From an uncultured delta proteobacterium (GTDB taxonomy: Bacteria; Desulfobacterota; Desulfobaccia; Desulfobaccales; 0-14-0-80-60-11), in NCBI GenBank assembly GCA_963812655.1, contig CAWEWX010000077.1:18660-82659 (forward strand): a stretch of DNA of 64,000 bases, given 5' to 3'. The notes beneath the pieces were generated by a model that saw nothing but the letters and a program-made list of their open reading frames with translations, made no database searches and was not told the DNA's origin. A program made the position numbers and the translations under genes. Positions 24,077 to 32,222 of this stretch are shown here, piece after piece. Numbering within the stretch: position 1 is the stretch's first letter; each line of letters opens with the position of its first letter.

Positions 24077-25018
24077 ATGGAAATCATGAAAATCGCCATC
24101 ATCGGACCCGGAGCCCTGGGTGGTTTGCTGGGGGCTTTGCTATTTGAGGCCGGGGAGGAGGTTACCCTGGTGGATTATCTCCCCGAGCGGGCGGCGCGGC
24201 TGCGGCGGCAGGGCCTCAGGTTGCGCACCCCGGCAGGCGGAGAGCGGAAGATCCCGGTGCCCATCGGCCTGCCAGGGGAAGCAGGCCCGGCGGAGCTGGT
24301 CATCGTGGCCGTAAAGGCTCACCAGACCGGGGCGGCGGCCCTGAGTCTCAGGCCCTTGATGGCGGAGAACGGCCTGGCCCTCAGCTTGCAAAACGGTCTG
24401 GGCAACTTAGAGACGCTGGCGGCGGTGGTGGGACCGCAACGCCTGCTGGCGGGGGTGGCCATGCTGGGCGTGACCAGGATGGCGGCGGGGGAGATTATCC
24501 TGGCCGGTGAGGGGCCGATAATCATCGGAGTCCCCACCGGCTCTCAGGTTTCCCCGGAGGAACTGGCCCGGGTGGCGGCGGCCCTGCGCCGGGCCGGCCT
24601 GGACTGCCGCGAGCAGCCGGACATCGAGGTGGTTTTGTGGGAAAAACTATTGGTCAACGTCGGCCTCAATCCCCTGACCGCCCTGTTGCGGGTGCCCAAC
24701 GGGGCGCTGCCGCAGCTGCCCGAGGCCTGGGAGATGGCGTTGGCCGCGGCCCGGGAGGCCCAGCGGGTGGCACGGGCCATGGGGCTCGCCCTGGACCTGG
24801 ACCCGGAGGAACACCTGCGCCAGGTGTGCCAGGCCACCGCGGCCAATCGCTCCTCCATGCTCCAGGACGTCCTGGCGGGCCGGTCCACGGAAATCGACGC
24901 CCTCAACGGCCAGGTGGCCTCCCGGGGGCAGGCCCTGGGGGTCCCCACCCCGGTAAACCGGTTCCTCACCCAACTTCTCCGATCTTGGGGGCATGCGGCC
25001 CAGTTTCGGGTGAGTTAA
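24077..25018 (+). CDS. panE: 2-dehydropantoate 2-reductase (PanE/ApbA family)
   Basis: MKIAIIGPGALGG Rossmann start and a C-terminal ApbA domain (SSMLQDVLAGRSTEIDALNG). The start could be ATG 24077 or 24086. Confidence 0.8.
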   Translation: MEIMKIAIIGPGALGGLLGALLFEAGEEVTLVDYLPERAARLRRQGLRLRTPAGGERKIPVPIGLPGEAGPAELVIVAVKAHQTGAAALSLRPLMAENGLALSLQNGLGNLETLAAVVGPQRLLAGVAMLGVTRMAAGEIILAGEGPIIIGVPTGSQVSPEELARVAAALRRAGLDCREQPDIEVVLWEKLLVNVGLNPLTALLRVPNGALPQLPEAWEMALAAAREAQRVARAMGLALDLDPEEHLRQVCQATAANRSSMLQDVLAGRSTEIDALNGQVASRGQALGVPTPVNRFLTQLLRSWGHAAQFRVS

Positions 25019-25031
25019 GGCGGACCTCGCT

Positions 25032-25164
25032 AGAAACTATTGCAAAACCCCGGTCTGCCCTAAAATGTCATTCTGAGCGAAGCGAAGAATCTCGTATTTT
25101 TAGTGACTTGAGATCCTTCACTTCGTTCAGGATGACAATGGAATCAGGTTTTGCAATAGCTTCT
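25032..25164. repeat. compound palindromic element (nested inverted repeats)
   Basis: Outer inverted repeat: AGAAACTATTGCAAAACC (25032-49) with GGTTTTGCAATAGCTTCT (25147-64), 17/18. Inner inverted repeat: GTCATTCTGAGCGAAGCGAAGAATCTC ... GAGATCCTTCACTTCGTTCAGGATGAC (25067-25136). Confidence 0.75.
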
Positions 25165-25328
25165 ATTGTGATGCCCCACGATTACCTTAACAAAAGATTT
25201 GAGATAACACCCCCTCCCTTGAGGGGATGGGGTTGGGGGGAGGGTGGCAACATATAGTAAAGGAAAGAAAAATTACCACCCCCACCCTGACCCTCCCCCC
25301 TCAAGGGGGAGGGAAATAAGCAAAGCAT

Positions 25329-26090
25329 TTATGCAACATTTCCTTGGGACGCAATACTAGTTACCCTGCCTCTGGTCCGGCGGACCCACCAGGGGCACGA
25401 AGCGCACCCGCAAGCGCTCTCCTCCTTAAGCTCCCCCCGCACCTTGCGTAGCCGCACCAGGGTTTGGTCCCAGCCCCCCTCCCCCAGGGGGACAACCAGG
25501 CGGCCCCCCTCCTTGAGCTGTTCGCTCAGGGCCGGCGGCACCCAGGGAGCCGCGGCGGTGACCAGGATGGCGTCGAAGGGGGCTGCCTCGGGCCATCCCT
25601 TCCAGCCGTCCCCGGTTTTTACCCGAACCTGGCGATAGCCCAGCTCCTGCAGACGGACCGCGGCGGTCCGGGCCAGCTCCGGCCTGATCTCCACGCTGAA
25701 GACCTGAGCGGCGAGTTCCCCCAGGACCGCGGCCTGGTAGCCCGAACCGGTCCCCACCTCCAAAACTTTATCGCCGGGGCGCACCGCGGCCCATTGGCTC
25801 ATCAGGGCGACGATGTAAGGCTGGGAGATGGTCTGGTCCTGGCCGATGGGGAGGGGGTGGTCCCCGTACGCCTGGGAGTCCAGGGCCGGCGGTACAAAGA
25901 GGTGCCGCGGCACCTTACCCATGGCCGCCAACACCCGGGGGTCGGTAATCCCCCGGCTCAGAAGCTGCCGGGCCACCATGGCGCGGCGAGCCTCGTCCTG
26001 GTCCGGGAGGCCCTGGCAGGCCCCGGGAAGCAGCCCCGCCGCCAGCAGCGCCAGGGAGAACCAGCAGATCAGGACCAGCTTCCGGCTCAT
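25329..26090 (-). CDS. pcm: protein-L-isoaspartate O-methyltransferase paralog with N-terminal signal/anchor peptide; 3' end apparently frameshifted
   Basis: [25 protein letters not shown] is followed by the canonical Pcm core ([26 protein letters not shown]). The canonical C-terminus [10 protein letters not shown] is encoded in another frame from about 25413-25427, stopping at 25357. Confidence 0.8.
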   Translation of the reverse strand: MSRKLVLICWFSLALLAAGLLPGACQGLPDQDEARRAMVARQLLSRGITDPRVLAAMGKVPRHLFVPPALDSQAYGDHPLPIGQDQTISQPYIVALMSQWAAVRPGDKVLEVGTGSGYQAAVLGELAAQVFSVEIRPELARTAAVRLQELGYRQVRVKTGDGWKGWPEAAPFDAILVTAAAPWVPPALSEQLKEGGRLVVPLGEGGWDQTLVRLRKVRGELKEESACGCASCPWWVRRTRGRVTSIASQGNVA

Positions 26091-27175
26091 GGCCGGGACT
26101 CGGTGACGAGAGGGGCCGCGGGCTGGCCCCGGGAGGTCGCCACCCGCCCGGCGGGGGGCTCTCCGGCCGCAGCCACCTTAACCGCAGGCAGCCCGAACTC
26201 GGCCCGTTCCCCCAGCATTTTCCGGTAGATCGCCCGGGCCAGCAACCGGTGCCCCTGGCTCTGCAAGTGGCTGCTGTCGGAGAAATAGGAGGGGCCAGCC
26301 TCTCCTTTGAATACTTCACTCATGGAAAGGTGGTATACCCCGGGACCGGTCAGGGCGGCGCACATGGCGTCCAGGCCGTCGTCGCTCAGGCGCGGGGGCT
26401 GGCCGGCGTCCCTTTCTACCCGGCACTGGGAGATCAACAGCAGGGGAATCCGAAGGCGGCGCACCATGGCCACGTTCTCCACCAATTTCTCCCGGGCCAG
26501 GCGGATGCGGGCGGCAATCTCCTCCGGGTCCCGGGAAGCGGCCACCTCGGCGTCGGCGTCGCTCACCGCGCATTTCAGGCGGACCTCCTCCGGCACCAGG
26601 GGCCAGAAGACCTTCTCTAAATTGGCCTCATAGAGGCGCCGGAAGATGAAGACCTTCATCAGCCAGTGGCGCGGGTGCCAGCCCTGGAACTCCTGGCTGC
26701 GGCGCCACTCCCGTTCGTCCTCCCACTTGTTGCTGTCGTCGACGTGCAAGATGATGAGGCTGGGTTCGAACTCCAGGACCTTCTTGAGGACCACCTGGCA
26801 GCGGCGGGCTCCATAGCCCGGTAACGCCATGTTGAAAGATTCCGCCTGGATGCCCTGCCGCCGCAGATCCTCCCCCAGCACCCAGGGGTAGGCCGCTTGG
26901 AAGCTGGGTCCCCGGGGGACGGAGTCCCCCACCACGAAGATGCGGTAGCTGCCCGGGGGGCGATGCCTCTGGAAAGATTGAGGATGGAAGCGGCGGCCGC
27001 CGGCCCGGAAGAGTTTCACCGTGCCGTCCGGATGCTCGGCGAATCCCGCTTGGGGATCATAGCCATAGGCGAACCGTCCATCGATATCCTTGGCGAAAAA
27101 GATGCGGGCGCTGATCTCGGAGAGAGCCAGCAGCGCCAACACCATCAGGAAAGCCGGAGTAAGGAGTCTTTTCAT
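26087..27175 (-). CDS. SGNH/GDSL-like hydrolase (AlgX/AlgJ/DltD-type partner of MBOAT), secreted or anchored
   Basis: N-terminal hydrophobic segment [21 protein letters not shown] motif [11 protein letters not shown], late SDSSHL. ATG 27173-75 overlaps the MBOAT stop by 1 nt, and its own stop overlaps the pcm ATG (ATGA). Confidence 0.6.
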   Translation of the reverse strand: MKRLLTPAFLMVLALLALSEISARIFFAKDIDGRFAYGYDPQAGFAEHPDGTVKLFRAGGRRFHPQSFQRHRPPGSYRIFVVGDSVPRGPSFQAAYPWVLGEDLRRQGIQAESFNMALPGYGARRCQVVLKKVLEFEPSLIILHVDDSNKWEDEREWRRSQEFQGWHPRHWLMKVFIFRRLYEANLEKVFWPLVPEEVRLKCAVSDADAEVAASRDPEEIAARIRLAREKLVENVAMVRRLRIPLLLISQCRVERDAGQPPRLSDDGLDAMCAALTGPGVYHLSMSEVFKGEAGPSYFSDSSHLQSQGHRLLARAIYRKMLGERAEFGLPAVKVAAAGEPPAGRVATSRGQPAAPLVTESRP

Positions 27176-28761
27176 CAAAATTGAAAGTAGATGAATTCCT
27201 TGTCCTGCTCGCTGGAGGAGACCACCAGGAGCAGGAGCAGCAGATAGACCGCCCCCTTCACCGGCCAGGACAGGCTCCGGACGCGGGTTTCGTCGTGAAA
27301 TTTAAGGGTCAGGAGCTGGAGCAGGATCAGGGGCCCGGTATGCATCAGCAGCCAGAGGCAGGAAGACTGCCAGGGGAGGGCCAGGGATGACTGCCAGTGG
27401 CCCAGGGCGCCAAACCAGGCCCCCAGTTGGGCCAGGTTGGCGCTGCGGAAGATCGCCCATCCCGCCAGGATGAAAACCCACATGAGGGGCACCGCCAGCA
27501 GCGAGCCCCAGGAGAATCGGTCCTTTGCCGGGGATTTGCCGGCCAGCAGATTCAGGGGCGGGAAGTGGTACAGGATGAGGAGGACCCCCTGGTAGGCGCC
27601 CCAGAGCACGAAGATCCACGAGGCCCCGTGCCAGAGCCCCACCAGGAGCATGGTCACCCCCAGGTTGCGCAGGGTCTGCCAGCGGCCGCCGCGGTTGCCC
27701 CCCAGGGGGATGTAGAGATAATCCCGGAACCAGTTGGAGAGGGAGATATGCCACCTGGACCAGAAGTCCGAGGGATTTTTGGCCAGATAGGGGAAGCGGA
27801 AGTTCTCCACCAGGTCGACGCCCAGGAGCTTGGCGGAACCCCGGGCGATATCGGTGTAACCGGAGAAATCCCCGTAGATCTGAAAGGCGAAGGCGACCAC
27901 CCCCAGGACCGCCCAATAGCCGTCCAGGCGGGTGGCGGGGTCGAAGGCGTAGTTGGCCAGGACGGCGCAGTTGTCGGCCACGAAGATCTTTTTAAAAAAG
28001 CCCACCAGGATCATGCTGAGGCCGTCTTGAAGGTAGGCGGGCTGAAAAGCCCGGTCGGCCTCCAGTTGGGGGAGGAGCTGATGGCCCCGCTCGATGGGCC
28101 CGGAGATCATTTGCGGGAAAAAGGCGTCAAAGGCCGCGAAGGTGACCAGGCTGCGGCAGGACGAGGTCAGCCCCCGGTAAACGTCGAAGACGTAGCCCAG
28201 GGATTGGAAGGTGTAAAAGGAGATACCCACCGGCAGGATGATCTTGAGGAGCACCGGATCGGTCCTCAGACCCGCGGTTTCCAGGAACGTCCGGGCCGAT
28301 TGGACAAAGAAGCCGAAATATTTGAAAAATCCGAGGATGGTGAGACAGAAGCAGACGCTGAGGATGAGGAAATAGCGGCGCCGCCGCGGCCCGGCCCAGG
28401 CCCACAGCAGCTCGTGGGCCGCAAACAACAAGAGCCCCAGGCCCGCGGCCAGGCCCACGACCCCGGGGGAGATGCCGCTGCCCGGCAGGAACAGGTGGCA
28501 CACCGCGGTCCAGGCGGCGGGCGCCAGGGCCAGCAGCAGTACCTTGCGGGGTGGAGTCTTTTCCCCGTCGATACTCAGGCCGCAGAGGAAATCGATGACG
28601 GTGGTAGCCATCACCAGCGCCAGGAAGCGCACGTCCCAGCCGGCGTAAAAGAGATAACTGGCCGCCAGCAGCAGCAATAGCCGCTTTTTGCCGGAGAGCC
28701 TCCAATAAAGGAGGAAGACGATGGGCAGAAAAATGAGATATTGCCAGGAAATGAACGACAT
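27175..28761 (-). CDS. MBOAT-family membrane O-acyltransferase (AlgI/DltB-like)
   Basis: 528 aa, polytopic. Signature block FWSRWHISLSNWFRDYLYIPLGGNRGG and LWHGASW with the conserved His. Confidence 0.9.
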   Translation of the reverse strand: MSFISWQYLIFLPIVFLLYWRLSGKKRLLLLLAASYLFYAGWDVRFLALVMATTVIDFLCGLSIDGEKTPPRKVLLLALAPAAWTAVCHLFLPGSGISPGVVGLAAGLGLLLFAAHELLWAWAGPRRRRYFLILSVCFCLTILGFFKYFGFFVQSARTFLETAGLRTDPVLLKIILPVGISFYTFQSLGYVFDVYRGLTSSCRSLVTFAAFDAFFPQMISGPIERGHQLLPQLEADRAFQPAYLQDGLSMILVGFFKKIFVADNCAVLANYAFDPATRLDGYWAVLGVVAFAFQIYGDFSGYTDIARGSAKLLGVDLVENFRFPYLAKNPSDFWSRWHISLSNWFRDYLYIPLGGNRGGRWQTLRNLGVTMLLVGLWHGASWIFVLWGAYQGVLLILYHFPPLNLLAGKSPAKDRFSWGSLLAVPLMWVFILAGWAIFRSANLAQLGAWFGALGHWQSSLALPWQSSCLWLLMHTGPLILLQLLTLKFHDETRVRSLSWPVKGAVYLLLLLLVVSSSEQDKEFIYFQF

Positions 28762-28854
28762 ATGATCCAGGAGGTCTATGGCGCTTGGGCGTCTCAGTCC
28801 GCGCCCATAATCTCATTCATTATACATAAAATGAGACCTCTGAGAAAACGCTTT

Positions 28855-28882
28855 CAGCCATCAGCTAGCAGCAGTCAGCCAA
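28855..28882 (+). repeat. heptanucleotide array
   Basis: CAGCCAT CAGCTAG CAGCAGT CAGCCAA, four in-phase CAGnnnn units. Confidence 0.7.
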
Positions 28883-28923
28883 AAACCATCGGACCCTACT
28901 GCCCCTGCCTCCCTTAAGTCAAC

Positions 28924-28971
28924 GTAGGGCGCGTCTTACGCGCCTTATTGGGTGCGTGAGACGCACCCTAC
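28924..28971. repeat. paired REP-like hairpins
   Basis: GTAG-GGCGCG-TCTTA-CGCGCC ... GGGTGCG-TGAGA-CGCACCC-TAC. Related GTAGGGTGCGCACC-type hairpins occur at 19332-19355, 56265-56290 and 57598-57618. Confidence 0.7.
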
Positions 28972-28988
28972 GCTCACTTACGGCCAGA

Positions 28989-29663
28989 TTAGGGCTGCCG
29001 GGAGCTCACCGCCAGGCGGGGCTCGCCGCTCAGCGGCAGCCGGTAAGGCTTAAGTTCAAGGGGACCCAGGCCCAGGAGCCGGCCCGCCACGGCCGCGGCT
29101 TCCAGTTCGCCTCCGGCCAGGTGCGGCCCCTTGAGGGCCAGCGCCAGGCCTCCGGGCAGCAGCAGGGGGGCGGCCAGCTCCAGGAAACGCCGTAGGGGAA
29201 AGGTGGCCCGGGAGACCACCGCCTGGAAACGGGGGCCCCACTCCCGGGCTTGCGCCGGGGTCAGATGGGTGCGGGCCACCTGAACGCCCGGCAGCTTGAG
29301 ACAGGAAACCAGGTATTCCAGAAAGGCCGCCTTCTTTTGCCGGGCCTCCACCAGGGTTAGCTGGAGCTCGGGCCGGACCAGCTTCAGGGCCAGTCCGGGA
29401 AACCCCGGGCCGCTGCCCAGGTCCGCCAGGGAGCGGCAGCCTGCCAGGAAGGGCAGGACCGCCAGGGAATCGAGGAAATGTTTGACCACCATGTCCCGGT
29501 CGCTCTTTAAGCCGGTGAGGTTGACCCGGGCGTTCCACAGTTTAAGCTGGGTCAGGTAAAAGCGGAACTGCCCCAGCGTGGCCGGGGGCAACTCCAGCCC
29601 CAGGGCCGCGGCCCCTTCCTGCAGCAAGTCCATAGGGTCGCCGGGGAGGTCAGGGGGAGTCAT
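28989..29663 (-). CDS. rsmG: 16S rRNA (guanine527-N7)-methyltransferase RsmG (GidB)
   Basis: WNARVNLTG, HFLDSL, SAM motif DLGSGPGFPGL. Located downstream of mnmE, as is typical. Confidence 0.9.
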   Translation of the reverse strand: MTPPDLPGDPMDLLQEGAAALGLELPPATLGQFRFYLTQLKLWNARVNLTGLKSDRDMVVKHFLDSLAVLPFLAGCRSLADLGSGPGFPGLALKLVRPELQLTLVEARQKKAAFLEYLVSCLKLPGVQVARTHLTPAQAREWGPRFQAVVSRATFPLRRFLELAAPLLLPGGLALALKGPHLAGGELEAAAVAGRLLGLGPLELKPYRLPLSGEPRLAVSSRQP

Positions 29664-29740
29664 CTCGTTAATTTCAATCGCCTCTAAGGTCTGTAAGCCT
29701 TCTCACCCGCGTTGATATCAGGCACCGGACCAAGAAGCCG

Positions 29741-29940
29741 GTTTCATAAATCCGGGAACGTATTTATTAACCGCGGGAGCAAGTGGTTAATTCCCCCTCA
29801 CCCTAACCCTCTCCCCCATCGGGGGAGAGGGGATAAAGAGCCACCGCTTGGAAAGCTCCCTCTCCCCCCGCCGGGGGGAGAGGGCTGGGGTGAGGGGTGG
29901 CAACAAGAAAGGTTACCATACTTAAGAAATCAAATACTAA
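29741..29940. repeat. dispersed composite hairpin repeat, family B, copy 1
   Basis: About 200 nt aligning with 56327-56529 in the same orientation (roughly 85-90% by eye). Structure: TTTCATAAATCCGG...AACCGCGGGAGCAAGTG.TTAATT, then CCCCTCACCCTAACCCTCTCCCCC-n4-GGGGGAGAGGGG ... CTCTCCCCCC-n4-GGGGGGAGAGGGCTGGGGTGAGGGG, then ...TTAAGAAATCAA.TACTAA. Confidence 0.85.
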
Positions 29941-30066
29941 AGGTTGGGGACCAGGGGCCTTCATTAACCCTGTTATAGGGCTGGGCGGATCGCCAGCGGC
30001 TTCCACATACTCACAGGCGGGGACGCCTGTGCCACTGCCCCCCCTTGACTTACTCCCCAAAAAATC

Positions 30067-31467
30067 CTATTTCCCCAGACAAAATTCCCCGAAGATGCGC
30101 TCCAGGACCTCGTCTCCCATCTCCTGGCCGGTGATGGCCCCCAGCTCCCGGATGGCCTCTTGGAGCTCCAGGCCCACGAGTTCCCAAGGCGGGGCCTGGG
30201 AGTATTGGGGTAAAAGGTAAGCCGCCAGCAGTTCCCGGGCCCGGGCCAGACAACCCAGACACCCCTTTAGATGCCGGTGATGCCGGGCCAGGGTGACCAT
30301 CTCGCCGTTGAGCCGCAGGCCGCCCTCCAGGGCCTGGGCTATCATGGCCTCCTTCAATGCTTCGATCCCCTGGCCGGTGAGGGCGGAAATCGACAGCACC
30401 GGGAAGGAGGTGGCCGCCTGCACCTCGGTTTCGCCAAGCGTCCGGGGCAGATCCGCCTTGTTGATCACCGCCAGGCCCCGGCGGCCGCTCATCTCCCGCA
30501 AGGTCTGCCGGTCCGCCGCGGCCAGGGGCAGACTGCCGTCCAGGAGATAGAGGACCAGATCGGCCTGGGCCAGGCGTTCCCGGGTGCGCTTCATGCCCAG
30601 CTCTTCCAGGCGGTCCCTGGCCGGGCCCAGCCCGGCGGTGTCGCTGAGGCGCACCGGGATGGATCCCAGGGTGATGGTCTCCTCGATAAGGTCCCGGGTA
30701 GTGCCGGGAATCTCGGTGACAATGGCCCGGTCCAGGTTAAGCAGGCGGTTCAGGAGGCTGGATTTGCCGGCATTGGTCCGGCCGGCGATGACCGCCAGCA
30801 GGCCCTCTCGCAATAAGCGGCCTTGCCGGTAGCTGGCGGTGAGGCGCGCCAGGGTTTCCATCCGGGGCGCCAGGGCCTCCTCCAGAAGCGCCGGGGCCAA
30901 TTCTTCGGCTTCCTCGGGAAAATCCAGGGCCGCTTCCACCCGGGCCAGCAGGTCCAGGAGGTCCTCCCGCAGCCGGGCCAGGCCGCGCCCCAGGCCGCCC
31001 TGGAGATGGCCGGCGGCCACCTGCAGCGCCGCTTCGCTACGGGCCCGGATCACTTCCAGGACCGCCTCCGACTGGGTCAGGTCGACCCTCCCCGAGAGAA
31101 AGGCCCGCAGGGTAAACTCGCCGGGCTGGGCCAAACGAGCCCCCCGCTCCAGAGCCAGGGATAAGAGGCGCTCCAGCACCCGGTAGCCGGAGTGGCAGTT
31201 GATCTCCACCACGTCTTCCCGGGTATAGGTGTGGGGGGCTCGCATCCAGGTGAGCAGCACTTCGTCGATGATTTCTCCCTGGGAACCGACGATCTCTCCC
31301 AGGTAGAGCTGGTGGGAGCGCCACTGGCGGCGGGGGCGGCGGGGACGAAAGATCTCCCGGGCGATCTCCCGGGAGCGGGGGCCGCTGAGACGGACGATAC
31401 CTATGCCCGCCTCACCTAAGGGAGTGGAAATAGCGGCGATGGTATCTGCCGGATCAGGCTGGGTCAT
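30067..31467 (-). CDS. mnmE: tRNA modification GTPase MnmE (TrmE)
   Basis: DTIAAISTP, G1 GRTNAGKSSLLN, DTAG, NKADL, C-terminal FCLGK. Confidence 0.95.
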   Translation of the reverse strand: MTQPDPADTIAAISTPLGEAGIGIVRLSGPRSREIAREIFRPRRPRRQWRSHQLYLGEIVGSQGEIIDEVLLTWMRAPHTYTREDVVEINCHSGYRVLERLLSLALERGARLAQPGEFTLRAFLSGRVDLTQSEAVLEVIRARSEAALQVAAGHLQGGLGRGLARLREDLLDLLARVEAALDFPEEAEELAPALLEEALAPRMETLARLTASYRQGRLLREGLLAVIAGRTNAGKSSLLNRLLNLDRAIVTEIPGTTRDLIEETITLGSIPVRLSDTAGLGPARDRLEELGMKRTRERLAQADLVLYLLDGSLPLAAADRQTLREMSGRRGLAVINKADLPRTLGETEVQAATSFPVLSISALTGQGIEALKEAMIAQALEGGLRLNGEMVTLARHHRHLKGCLGCLARARELLAAYLLPQYSQAPPWELVGLELQEAIRELGAITGQEMGDEVLERIFGEFCLGK

Positions 31468-31524
31468 GTTTTCGTAAGGGGTAATCGTGGTGCGTCAGGG
31501 GTAATGAACGGAACCCTTCACCCA

Positions 31525-32205
31525 TTACTCCTCACCCACTACCGTCTTTTCCGGGGCATCCTCCTGGCCTTCCTTCTTTTTGGCGGGGGATATGATCACC
31601 TTCTTGTACAGCCCTTCCCCCCGGCTGCTGGTCTTCAGATCCCTGTCCTCCTGAAGGGCCAGATGGACGATGCGGCGGTCATAGGGGTTCATGGGATTCA
31701 AGGTGATGGGCTTACCGCTCTTTTTCACCCTCTCCCCATAGTCCTGGGCCAGGTGCGCCAGGGCCTCGTCGTGCCGGGCCCGGTAGGCCTCCACGTCGAT
31801 GGAGATCCTCACCTTGCGTTGGCTCCGCTTGGCCAGCATCTTGGTGACCAGATATTGCAAGGCGTCCAGGGTCTGGCCCTGCTTGCCGATGAGCAGACCG
31901 GCGCCCGCGCTTTCGATGCGCAGGCTGATACGGTCATCCTCCTGGTGCACGCTAACCTTGGCCTCCTCCTGCATCTTCGCCAGGAGGTTCTCCAGAATCT
32001 CCTGGGCCTCGGTCAGCAGGTTTTCTTCCAACTCATCCCGGTGAGCGGCCCTAACCTTCGCCTTCCGGCCACCCAGGCCAAAGAGGCCCGGGGAGCCCAC
32101 CGATAAGATCTCGATCTCCAACTGCTCCGAGGACACCTGAAAATGGGCACAAGCCGCCTCAATGGCGTTTTCGGTGCTCTTGCCTTCAAACTCCTTAAAC
32201 TCCAT
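31525..32205 (-). CDS. jag: Jag/KhpB RNA-binding protein (KH + R3H)
   Basis: MEFKEFEGKSTENAIEAAC (Jag_N), LLIGKQGQTLDALQYL (KH), NPMNPYDRRIVHLAL (R3H). ATG 32205 lies 18 nt after the yidC stop. Confidence 0.9.
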   Translation of the reverse strand: MEFKEFEGKSTENAIEAACAHFQVSSEQLEIEILSVGSPGLFGLGGRKAKVRAAHRDELEENLLTEAQEILENLLAKMQEEAKVSVHQEDDRISLRIESAGAGLLIGKQGQTLDALQYLVTKMLAKRSQRKVRISIDVEAYRARHDEALAHLAQDYGERVKKSGKPITLNPMNPYDRRIVHLALQEDRDLKTSSRGEGLYKKVIISPAKKKEGQEDAPEKTVVGEE

Positions 32206-32222
32206 CAACGCTTCCTCTAAAA

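Noticed and set aside
29712-29978. ORFs translating the GC-hairpin repeats (29712-29978, 58584-58946, 24637-25257, 6860-7147), giving PLPHRGRG / GEGWGEG / HSERSEESRIF-type peptides.
   Set aside because: They coincide exactly with palindromic repeat units and lack RBSs. The same 'peptides' arise wherever the repeats occur, so they are repeat-derived pseudo-ORFs.
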